Part shown: positions 37,136-45,670 of the stretch, one piece after another
Position numbering within the stretch: position 1 is the first letter of the stretch
Layout: each line of letters starts with the position of its first letter
Assembly: GCA_016932965.1 (NCBI GenBank)
Contig: JAFGBW010000039.1
Coordinates: 2,140-66,139 of the forward strand
Source: Candidatus Auribacterota bacterium
Lineage (GTDB): Bacteria; Auribacterota; JAFGBW01
Direction of reading: 5' to 3'
Length of the DNA: 64,000 nt
The notes under the pieces: generated by a model
Database searches by the model: none
Told to the model about the DNA's origin: nothing
Seen by the model: the letters and a program-made list of their open reading frames with translations, nothing else
Program-made: the position numbers and the translations under genes

Positions 37136-37885
37136 ATGACAAGGATCATGACAATTGGCAGTCGGGCAATCCGTGAAAGGGGACAATATTTTCATAATGA
37201 TGAAAATGAATTATCCAGGCCGGTCGCGCAATCAGCAGGCTCTCAACAAGACTCAGTGACAGGCGGCGGTGAGTCCATTGCTGAAAAAAAATCGTTTAGT
37301 CATCAGGAATTGATGGCCAAACAGGCTGAAGTAAGAAAAGAACTCATTAAGACCATGTTCAGGAAATATCAGGAATACCGGACCCTGCAGAAAGTGGCTT
37401 CTGATTATGGGTACACCCGTGAGCGTATCCGTCAGTATTTTGCCATAGGAAATAAACTGGGGATCATTGATTACAAGCCTTTCAACCGGCAGAACTTTCA
37501 GAGAATAAAAAATGAACTGACCAAGGATCGCCTGATCAAATATTTGAATGAAATGGGGACAATCCGCCGTATTTCCGAGGAATTGAATGTGGCAGTCAGT
37601 CATGTGAATCGCCTGATCAAATTATATAAATTGAATCTGTCCCAATTCAGGAGGAATTACCTCAAAACCGAAATATGCAAACAGTATTACACCATGGTGG
37701 AACAGCTGGGAGGCAAGCACCCATCCACTTACGATCTCTTGCTCATTAAAAACGGCCGGAATCTCTGGGCAAAAATTTCAAGGAATTGGGGAACCGTAAA
37801 AAAATTCCGGGAAGAGCAGCATATCCAGCTGGCAAGAAAATCAAGAAGAAGAAGAAAGAACAAGAATCTTCCTCCGGCTCAATGA
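37136..37885 (+). CDS. Twin helix-turn-helix protein with two sigma-70 region-4-like modules; putative transcriptional regulator
   Basis: RTLQKVASDYGYTRERIRQYFAIGNKL contains the sigma region 4.2 TRERIRQ hallmark. A second HTH is GTIRRISEELNVAVSHVNRLIKLYKL. Basic C-terminal tail. AT-rich gene. Start taken at the ATG after GGAGGA; the ORF track gives 37124. Confidence 0.5.
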   Translation: MTRIMTIGSRAIRERGQYFHNDENELSRPVAQSAGSQQDSVTGGGESIAEKKSFSHQELMAKQAEVRKELIKTMFRKYQEYRTLQKVASDYGYTRERIRQYFAIGNKLGIIDYKPFNRQNFQRIKNELTKDRLIKYLNEMGTIRRISEELNVAVSHVNRLIKLYKLNLSQFRRNYLKTEICKQYYTMVEQLGGKHPSTYDLLLIKNGRNLWAKISRNWGTVKKFREEQHIQLARKSRRRRKNKNLPPAQ

Positions 37886-37955
37886 GGTTATATTTTTCTC
37901 GAGATTTTTAAGTCTTGAGAGATAAATGATAATGAATTGAGAAATATTAAATTTG

Positions 37956-37993
37956 CCCTCTTTATCCCCTAGGTGATAAAGAGGGCTTTTTTA
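37956..37993 (+). terminator. Rho-independent terminator CCCTCTTTATC-CCCTAGGT-GATAAAGAGGG-CTTTTTTA
   Basis: 11-bp perfect stem, 8-nt loop and U-tract, 70 bp after the twin-HTH stop. Confidence 0.6.
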
Positions 37994-38091
37994 TGCCTGT
38001 CTGATTTTGATAATTCTTTTATTTTCATGAATAGACTGAAGCGGAATCGGTCTGTTTGGAAAAAGAGTGAATCTCCGAAATGATTGACCCC

Positions 38092-38120
38092 TTGACAAAG
38101 TAGATATTTACAAGTATTAT
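38092..38120 (+). promoter_or_regulatory. Near-consensus sigma70-type promoter TTGACA -17- TATTAT upstream of the GWD-like gene
   Basis: TTGACA at 38092-38097, 17-nt spacer, TATTAT at 38115-38120. The start codon is at 38162. Confidence 0.5.
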
Positions 38121-38161
38121 TAATATGCTTATGTTTTGAATCTATTGTCAGAGAAAATTAT

Positions 38162-41100
38162 ATGATAGGTCACAAGAATTTTTTTATTTGCATGATTGCC
38201 TGGTTTTTATCGACCGGATTTTTATGCCAACCGGTTCAATGTTTTTCGCAATCTGTGGATTCTTCTTTTCTGGCTCCTTCGCATTCAGCCCAAGACCTGA
38301 CCCCCATCATGGTATTAGCCGGAAAAATGCAGGGAAATCAGCCTGTTATCTGGGATGTTTCTGCAACAGGAGTGAATAAAAAAGTAATCATTGTTGTTAA
38401 GAGCAGAGAGAGAGTGCATGTTCACTGGGGTAAAAGCCGCTACGGGAATTGGGAAATTCCCCCGGAAGCCATTTGGCCGGATCACACAACAAAGATGGAT
38501 GATAAGGCGGTGCAAACAGCCTTACAGCCTGTTTCGGATAATATCCGGGTTTTTTCAGTCACTATTCCCAACTCCATGGAATTCAATGAACTGGAATTTG
38601 TGCTTTTCTATCCTGACCGTCCCCCTCACAATCAGTGGGTTAAAGACGGAAACAGGAATTATAAAATTACCGTTAAGGACGATCCTGGACTGGAAGAAAT
38701 GGCTGGTGAAACCAAGAGTTGGATTCACACCATGATAGAAGGTGAAAGAGGGGAGCATGGCCGGAGTCTGATGCATAGAAATAAATTTGTTTGCGAATTG
38801 CTTGGCAGATTTCCTCATTGCAAAGAATTTTTCAGCACCCTGGCAGTGTACATGAGATACAACCGGCTTGGAGTCCTGCCGTGGCAGAGAGGTTATAATA
38901 CGACGCCAAGAGAAATGACTGCGAGCGTTGACAGATTGAATGAGACTATTTCAAGATTGATGATCACGGATTCTAAACATTATTCGATGGTCAGATTATT
39001 GATGAGTTTTTTAACCCTTGGCGGAGAAAATGGACAGCAAATCCGCGATAATATTTTGCATATTTTACAGAATAACGGGGTCCGGGGGACTACTTTTCTG
39101 GAACAATGGCACCAGAAATTACACAACAATGCCACCCCTGATGATATTGGAATCTGTGATGCTTATCTGGCTTTTTTAAGAAGTAATGGAGATAAAGGTA
39201 CATTTTATCGGGTCTTATGGGAGGGGTATGGAATTTCCAGGGAAAAACTGGCAAGTTATGAGAGACCCATTACGGTTGAGCCTGAGTTTTACGGATATGC
39301 CAAAGATGGTTTGATCCGTGATTTTGAAGCTTATCTGGAGCTCAACAGGAAAGTCCATTCCAGGGGTGATTTATTCCGGGCAAAAGCAAATGCTGAAAAA
39401 TATGATGCGCCAGGATTGAATAAGCCGCTGTGGGATTTTTTTACTTTGAAATATCAGGTGGAGACCTCACAGGTGGAGCAAGGCTGGGTTAAATTATTGG
39501 ACAAGCTGGTTGAAGTGCGGAGAGAGCTGCGGAGACTCATTTTTGCGGGAGGCGACTGGTGGTATCTGAGGGATTTAGTATTTTTGGATTTAAGTCTGGA
39601 AGAATATTCCAGGACCATTTCTGACAAAATCTCAGAACAAGTTAACGACCAGGAAATCATGTGGGAAGCAGCTAGGAATTTAAGCCTTCAACTTGAAAAT
39701 ATTGTACTCAGTTCTGATGCAGACGATTGGGATATGCTGGAAATCAATATCATAAAAAGAGAATGGGACAAGATTCAACAAGAGCCGATTAAAGACGAAC
39801 AATGGCATTTGCATTCCAAAGCTATTCTGGACCGTTTGCAGAGAGTCATTGGAGACCGTATTCAAAAGGAGACTGAACTGCTTCAGCCCAAGGCTGAACT
39901 ATTAGGAAACCAGGTCCTTGCAGAAAAAGACAAATGGGCCATTCCTCTTTTTAGCGAAGAACTGGTCCGGGGTTCCCCTCTATTTTCTATAGCCAATATT
40001 TTGAAACCCCTGCGCAAGGCAGCCAGACAAAAAGCTCTCTTGCCTCCCTGGGATGTCATTGTGCCTGGCAGAGTTTCTGCAGAAGTGAGGAAAGCAAAAT
40101 CATTGAAAGAAATTTTGGCAGGAATACAACCGGGAGACAGGATCATTGCTGTTGTCAAAGACCTGGATGGAAGCGAAGACATTCCTCCCCAGATAGCAGG
40201 GATTATCAGCCAAAGGGAAGTGGATATCACATCGCATCTGGCTGTCAGGGCAAGGAATTTAAAAGTTCCCTTTGTTTTCATTGATTCGGAAGAAGAATTT
40301 CAGACCGTTTATCAAAATGACCGTCCTGTCAAACTTCATGTTTTTGAAGGCATGACAAAACCCTGGCAGGTTTATACAGGGGATTTAAGCATGGTCAGTA
40401 TCCCTGCCGAAATTCCTGAAATCACCATCCCTTCTGTTGATCTGACAGCAGAACCTGCCTGTCTAAAAATACAGGAATTCACAATGGATAAGGTCGGGCC
40501 AAAAGGTTCCCAGATAAAGCAATTGATGGAAGACGTGAGTGAGAAGAAAGACGTGACAATTCCTAATTCAGTTGATGTGCCGTATGGAGTTTATCAGGCA
40601 GTGCTTAAAGATAAAAACAATTTAGAAATAGCACAACAAATACAAGAGTTAATTGCAAGAGCGGACGCTGAAACTGCAAGAGATGCCGCCAAGCAGTATA
40701 TTGCGGAGATAGAGAGATTGACTAAAACATTAGTGATACCTGATGAGATTTTAAAGCCTATTTTAGATGCGATAAAACAAGAGATAGGAGAGGATAAAAT
40801 TCTGATGGTGCGTTCTTCAGCTAACGGGGAGGATCTGGAAAAATACGCCGGCGCAGGTTTATATGAATCTTATTTTAATGTTTCATTGGATAAGGTGGAG
40901 CAACATATCAAATGGGTGTGGGCTTCCAAATGGACGGAACGCGCGTACTGGAGCAGGCGCGATATGAAAATTGACCATGACCAGATCCATGTTTCAGCGC
41001 TTATTCAGGAATGTTTTCATTTTGATTATTCCTTTGTGATTCATACGGTCAATCCGGTTAACAATGATCCGGATGAAGTCATGATTGAGGTTGCCCAGGG

Positions 41101-41512
41101 GCTGGGGGAAGCCATCGTTGCCAATTATCCGGGGAGCGCCTATCGTTTCATTTATAATAAAAAAACACATGAAGTCAGGCGCATCGCCTTTGCCAGTAAA
41201 AGTCTGAAATGCATTATCAAAGACGGCCAACTGCAATTGGTTTCAGTTGACTACAGCGATGATTTCCTGGCAGGACCAAAAGAGCAATGGGAGGAAGTGA
41301 TAAGGTCTATCGGTGAAGCAGGATGTTTGATTGAAGAAAAAAGGGGAGGGAATGCCCAGGATATCGAAGGAGGGTATTTTTCCAGGTATGCAGACAAGCC
41401 GGATATCCTGGGTTTGGTCCAGACGAGGGACCAGATGATTGTAGAGATTGTAACGGAGAAGCCTGTTGGACCAGCGGCGGAACCACCGGACGCAGTTTTG
41501 ACTGCGGCATGA
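38162..41512 (+). CDS. alpha-glucan,water dikinase (GWD)-like protein: N-terminal hydrophobic export/anchor segment, CBM-like domain, large unknown middle region, phosphohistidine domain, C-terminal PEP-synthase/PPDK-type nucleotide-binding domain
   Basis: The His-domain motif DITSHLAVRARNLKVPFVF (nt ~40222-40280) resembles the plant GWD catalytic-His motif SHVSVRARN. The nucleotide-binding domain shows MVRSSANGEDLEKYAGAGLYESYFNV, VWASKWTERAYWSRRDMKIDHDQIHVSALIQE and VAQGLGEAIV (PPDK_N-like, nt ~40500-41330). The His domain precedes the ATP domain, as in GWD and unlike PEP synthase. Confidence 0.75.
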   Translation: MIGHKNFFICMIAWFLSTGFLCQPVQCFSQSVDSSFLAPSHSAQDLTPIMVLAGKMQGNQPVIWDVSATGVNKKVIIVVKSRERVHVHWGKSRYGNWEIPPEAIWPDHTTKMDDKAVQTALQPVSDNIRVFSVTIPNSMEFNELEFVLFYPDRPPHNQWVKDGNRNYKITVKDDPGLEEMAGETKSWIHTMIEGERGEHGRSLMHRNKFVCELLGRFPHCKEFFSTLAVYMRYNRLGVLPWQRGYNTTPREMTASVDRLNETISRLMITDSKHYSMVRLLMSFLTLGGENGQQIRDNILHILQNNGVRGTTFLEQWHQKLHNNATPDDIGICDAYLAFLRSNGDKGTFYRVLWEGYGISREKLASYERPITVEPEFYGYAKDGLIRDFEAYLELNRKVHSRGDLFRAKANAEKYDAPGLNKPLWDFFTLKYQVETSQVEQGWVKLLDKLVEVRRELRRLIFAGGDWWYLRDLVFLDLSLEEYSRTISDKISEQVNDQEIMWEAARNLSLQLENIVLSSDADDWDMLEINIIKREWDKIQQEPIKDEQWHLHSKAILDRLQRVIGDRIQKETELLQPKAELLGNQVLAEKDKWAIPLFSEELVRGSPLFSIANILKPLRKAARQKALLPPWDVIVPGRVSAEVRKAKSLKEILAGIQPGDRIIAVVKDLDGSEDIPPQIAGIISQREVDITSHLAVRARNLKVPFVFIDSEEEFQTVYQNDRPVKLHVFEGMTKPWQVYTGDLSMVSIPAEIPEITIPSVDLTAEPACLKIQEFTMDKVGPKGSQIKQLMEDVSEKKDVTIPNSVDVPYGVYQAVLKDKNNLEIAQQIQELIARADAETARDAAKQYIAEIERLTKTLVIPDEILKPILDAIKQEIGEDKILMVRSSANGEDLEKYAGAGLYESYFNVSLDKVEQHIKWVWASKWTERAYWSRRDMKIDHDQIHVSALIQECFHFDYSFVIHTVNPVNNDPDEVMIEVAQGLGEAIVANYPGSAYRFIYNKKTHEVRRIAFASKSLKCIIKDGQLQLVSVDYSDDFLAGPKEQWEEVIRSIGEAGCLIEEKRGGNAQDIEGGYFSRYADKPDILGLVQTRDQMIVEIVTEKPVGPAAEPPDAVLTAA

Positions 41513-41524
41513 TGAGAATGTGTC

Positions 41525-43204
41525 ATGGATAATAGCAAACCAATTCAGAAACGATTGAATCTCCCGGTTTTTCTTTTAGGAAAAGCTGGAAGAATCAGGG
41601 GTCAATCAATTTTTTTAATCCTATCCGGTTTCATCAGCAGTCTTCTTATTTTTTTCCATACACCGGCGTTTGCTGACCTCTGTTTATTCTGTCTTGCCCC
41701 ACAAGAGCAGACTTCAAGAGAAATGGCGGTTTTTACTTCCATTTCGAAAGAGCTGAACAGGGAAGGGCAAGTGGCTTTCAGAAGCATTCAAAGACCAGGC
41801 GAGGTCGATCTGATTGCTGCGGTGAAGTCAAGTGAGCCCGTCTATCTCCACTGGGGAGTTTCCCGTTTCGGGAAATGGGAGATGCCGCCTGAAGACATCC
41901 GGCCTTTGGATTCAATACCTAATCAAAAAGGGACATCTCTTCAAACCCGGATGCAGTCTTTATCGGGTGATATCCGGTTTGTAAAAATAACTGTGCCTGA
42001 ACATGTTGATTGCAGCGAAATCGCTTTTGTTTTTTATTATCCGGAACGGGCGAAGGAGCAACAGTGGGTTAAAGACGGAGACAAGGACTATTATCTGGCA
42101 GATATTCACACATTCCCGGAATTAATTAGCTGCAATGAACAGACAAGGACCCTGGAATTCAACAAACATGAACTGAAAAAATGGATCATTGGATTGATTG
42201 AAAGAGGACTTCTTCCCATGCTGTTTTTTGATTTTGATGATACGTTGAATCTGGGGTATGGCGGATATATGCCTGACGAATCCATTGGGGCTTTGGATCA
42301 GCTTGTCAATGCCGGCGGGATCATTGCCATTCATTCAGGGATAGATTTATTATGGGGAAGCCAGAAAATTCTCCGTTTGACGCAATCCAGATTTCCGTTT
42401 CATTTTCTGGTCTTGAGCACGGGTAAAGATATTTTTGCCTGGAGTCATCAGCATAAGGCCTATTTAAAACTTCCATTCTCAGGAGACAATAAGAGCGATG
42501 CTTTAATGAAACTGGCCTCTTTTTTAGGAATTCTGCCTCATCAAATGGGGTATTGCTGTGATTTTCCCGGAAGCGGTGATAAACAGGACGGGATTGATGA
42601 TCCGACATTATCTTCAAACATCGGTTTCATAGCCAATGTAAGTCCGTTTGGAAGAATGATGAAACTTCCCGCTGAATCTTCAACCAGACTGATTCAGCCT
42701 GATGATAACCCTTTGACAAGGCAGGCTAAAGGCGCCTGTAATTACATGGCTGCGGCAAGCGATGTGTTGCGACAATATGGTCAAACACCGAATCAAGCCA
42801 TCAGTGATATCAACACCAAGTTACTGGCCGCTGGTTTTAAACTGCCGGTCCTGGAACCCCGTGTGGATCAATATACTGTCTGGACCAAGGACAATCAGGT
42901 GTCAGCTATCCCTGAAGGACATGTTCTGCGTGTTGAGACTGACAAACCCGGAATGGTCTATGCCGGAAAAGAAGGAATCAGCGGCTGGGAACGAACGTAC
43001 GCTATTCCCCTAAGATTAGAAAGCGGTAAATGGATAGCTGATATTTTAGACCCTGAAGTCAATACCTTTACTTTTATCGAGAACGATCCTCTTGATGAAA
43101 AAAAGGTCGGGTGGCTAGGAAAAAAAGGCGCAAATTATTATTTTTCCAGATACGCTGTTCCATCCGGGACGTCTCATGGGTCCCAAGCTTCGTTTTCAGC
43201 CTGA
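41525..43204 (+). CDS. CBM-like domain + HAD-superfamily phosphatase-like protein with N-terminal signal peptide
   Basis: The N-terminal hydrophobic segment ends in AFA|DL (AxA signal-peptidase site). Residues ~93-195 are about 45% identical to residues ~74-175 of the preceding dikinase (LHWGVSRFGKWEMPPEDI...QWVKDGDKDY vs VHWGKSRYGNWEIPPEAI...QWVKDGNRNY). The HAD motif I FFDFDDTL is at nt ~42225-42245. Confidence 0.6.
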   Translation: MDNSKPIQKRLNLPVFLLGKAGRIRGQSIFLILSGFISSLLIFFHTPAFADLCLFCLAPQEQTSREMAVFTSISKELNREGQVAFRSIQRPGEVDLIAAVKSSEPVYLHWGVSRFGKWEMPPEDIRPLDSIPNQKGTSLQTRMQSLSGDIRFVKITVPEHVDCSEIAFVFYYPERAKEQQWVKDGDKDYYLADIHTFPELISCNEQTRTLEFNKHELKKWIIGLIERGLLPMLFFDFDDTLNLGYGGYMPDESIGALDQLVNAGGIIAIHSGIDLLWGSQKILRLTQSRFPFHFLVLSTGKDIFAWSHQHKAYLKLPFSGDNKSDALMKLASFLGILPHQMGYCCDFPGSGDKQDGIDDPTLSSNIGFIANVSPFGRMMKLPAESSTRLIQPDDNPLTRQAKGACNYMAAASDVLRQYGQTPNQAISDINTKLLAAGFKLPVLEPRVDQYTVWTKDNQVSAIPEGHVLRVETDKPGMVYAGKEGISGWERTYAIPLRLESGKWIADILDPEVNTFTFIENDPLDEKKVGWLGKKGANYYFSRYAVPSGTSHGSQASFSA

Positions 43205-43456
43205 AAATATCCCAAGTTTTTCTAACATACGATGTTTTGTTTTGACAAAACATCGTACACCTTTGTTAAGAAATTCAACACCAGTACAAATGCGAACAGC
43301 ATTTTTCGTTTGAATTCGATAATTTTCTGGTCATTAAGAATATATAACTTATTGCTAGTGAACAGGATATAAAAATGTCTATCTCAGATATTGCTCTTGG
43401 CACAAATATTGTTTCTTTCTGGTCTGCATTGGAAATAACAACTAAGGAAACCAGCC

Positions 43457-43942
43457 ATGATCATGACCATTTTAAAACAGACCATACGGTTTCATCTGGA
43501 TGAGAAAGAACATGAAATAGCCAGTGTTTATGCAGAATTATACAGCAAGATGGTCGTGCAATATGTCAATAAACGTGAACAAGCCCTGGCTGCATTGAAA
43601 GATCTAGCCTATGAATTTCATATATATGGCCATCATCGCAGTGCGTTAAAATATTACCTGGAAGTCAAAAAACAGTATGGGGATTCAGCCTTAAATGACC
43701 AGGATATCCTTTATCTGGCCGAAAGCTGCGAAAAATTGGGACAGGCCAACGAGGCGCTTTTGGAATATCAGAGGCTGATTCGATATTATCCTTATTCTCC
43801 GCACGTAAAAATGGCCTATGAAAACATCAGCCGGATTTATCAGTCGTGTTCCAATCAGAATAAAGCGGAAATGTTTAAGAAAATGGCCCTGCTTGAACCC
43901 AATTGGGATGCAACCCCTGTTCCTGCAAAGAAAGTGTCCTGA
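43457..43942 (+). CDS. Small TPR-like hypothetical protein
   Basis: 161 aa, helical repeat character (..ALKYYLEVKKQYGDSALNDQDILYLAESCEKLGQANEALLEYQRLIRYYPYSPHVKMAYENISRIY). AT-rich. Confidence 0.4.
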   Translation: MIMTILKQTIRFHLDEKEHEIASVYAELYSKMVVQYVNKREQALAALKDLAYEFHIYGHHRSALKYYLEVKKQYGDSALNDQDILYLAESCEKLGQANEALLEYQRLIRYYPYSPHVKMAYENISRIYQSCSNQNKAEMFKKMALLEPNWDATPVPAKKVS

Positions 43943-43987
43943 GCAGGCAGGCTTAGAGTGATTTGGCTTTGATTTATTTTGTTCTTT

Positions 43988-44009
43988 TCTCAATTCTCAA
44001 TTCTTAATT
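43988..44009. repeat. Tandem heptamers TTCTCAAT-TCTCAAT-TCTTAAT
   Basis: Same family as 30721-30758. Located at the right edge of the AT-rich block. Confidence 0.65.
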
Positions 44010-44081
44010 TTTTTCTTACAATGAGCTTTAAACGAACTATAATCCGTTATACTCCCGGATATTTTTTAAAAGAAATATAAA

Positions 44082-45407
44082 ATGCTTTTGATTAAAAATG
44101 CCGAAGTCGTTTCCTCCAATAGAACCGACACTGCCGATGTCTGGATTGAAGGAACAACTATTGTTCAGGTAGGGGGGAGTTTAAAAACCATTCCTGTTGA
44201 AACCATTGATGCAAAAGGATTGATGCTCATTCCAGGCGTCATAGATACACACGTCCATTTCCGTCAGCCTGGAATGGAATGGAAAGAGGATATTAAAAGC
44301 GGCTCTTCTGCAGCCGCCGCCGGGGGAGTCACTACGGTCTTTGACATGCCTAATACGATACCTCCCACAGTAGATGAGAGTTCATTGACCGCCAAGAGAA
44401 AGGCTTTTTCTGAACAATCCCTGGTTAATTACGGAATTTTTATCGGCGCCGCTTCCTCCAATATGGATTTTTTAAACACGGCCGAAAATGTTCCGGGAAT
44501 CAAGGTGTTCATGGGTTCTTCAACAGGTTCGCTTCTTCTGTCAGACGAAAAAGAGCTTGAAAAAGTGTTTGCCTGCGGGAGCCGTTTGATAGCCGCGCAT
44601 GCGGAAGATGAAGCGCTTCTCCTTTTGAACAAGGAAAAATACCGCTCTGCAAACCAGGCTTCCTTCCATCCCCTCATACGAAGTCCGGAAACCGCTTTAA
44701 CGGCCACAGTGAAAGCGGTTCAATTCTCCCAGAAGTACCAGCGGCGTCTTCATCTGCTTCATTTGAGCACTCAGGAGGAGGTGGAATATTTATCAGGGAT
44801 CTATCATAAAAAACATATCACTGCGGAAGTCACTCCGCATCATCTGGTTCTGTCTTCGCCGGAATGTTATGAACAATTAAATACATTTGCTCAGACGAAT
44901 CCGCCTGTCAGGGAAAAACGGCATTCACAGGCCCTCTGGACTGCTTTGAAGAAAGGAGTCATTCATACGATTGCCTCTGATCATGCACCCCATTTAGTTT
45001 CAGAAAAAGAGAAAGGTTATGGCCTGGCCCCTTCCGGTGTACCAGGTGTGGAGACGTCTCTTCCCCTGATGCTGAACCAGGTCAATAAAGGACAATGCTC
45101 CGTGCATGAAATTGTCAAATGGATGTGTGAAAATCCAGCCCTGATGTTCCGCCTTAAAAATAAAGGATTCATTAAAAAAGGATTTGATGCCGACCTGGTA
45201 CTAGTTGACATGAAGAAAAGAAAAAAAGTCCAAAACGGGCGATTGTTCACCAAACCCAACTGGAGTCCTTATGACGGCTGGACGGTTCAGGGATGGCCGG
45301 TCATCACTTTTGTGAATGGACAAATTGCTTTTCGTGAGGGGGAAATCATGACCAGCACACTGGGAAAAGAAGTGGTTTTTAATAAATATGAATTCAGGAG
45401 TCAGTAG
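44082..45407 (+). CDS. pyrC: Dihydroorotase-like cyclic amidohydrolase
   Basis: GVIDTHVHFRQPG is the metal-binding HxH. DMPNT and SDHAPH motifs. Size 441 aa. Confidence 0.7.
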   Translation: MLLIKNAEVVSSNRTDTADVWIEGTTIVQVGGSLKTIPVETIDAKGLMLIPGVIDTHVHFRQPGMEWKEDIKSGSSAAAAGGVTTVFDMPNTIPPTVDESSLTAKRKAFSEQSLVNYGIFIGAASSNMDFLNTAENVPGIKVFMGSSTGSLLLSDEKELEKVFACGSRLIAAHAEDEALLLLNKEKYRSANQASFHPLIRSPETALTATVKAVQFSQKYQRRLHLLHLSTQEEVEYLSGIYHKKHITAEVTPHHLVLSSPECYEQLNTFAQTNPPVREKRHSQALWTALKKGVIHTIASDHAPHLVSEKEKGYGLAPSGVPGVETSLPLMLNQVNKGQCSVHEIVKWMCENPALMFRLKNKGFIKKGFDADLVLVDMKKRKKVQNGRLFTKPNWSPYDGWTVQGWPVITFVNGQIAFREGEIMTSTLGKEVVFNKYEFRSQ

Positions 45408-45670
45408 ATTAAAACCGGCTGCCTGAATTCTTCGTTCTACCTCTCCTTTCTAACCGCTTATTTTATTGTTTTATTCTTTCATCTCATTCACATTTCAACA
45501 TTCCTTATCGCATAGCCTTACAAAATGGTTCCCTATTAGGAATTCGCCGGCTGCAAATCCCTCTGCTTGCTGCAGGGAACTTCAATTCTGGCTCCTGAAT
45601 TTTATTCCCTGGTATATTTATTGCTTTTATCTGGCTTGTCGGTTTTTACTGCAATTAAGGAAATTTCAAC

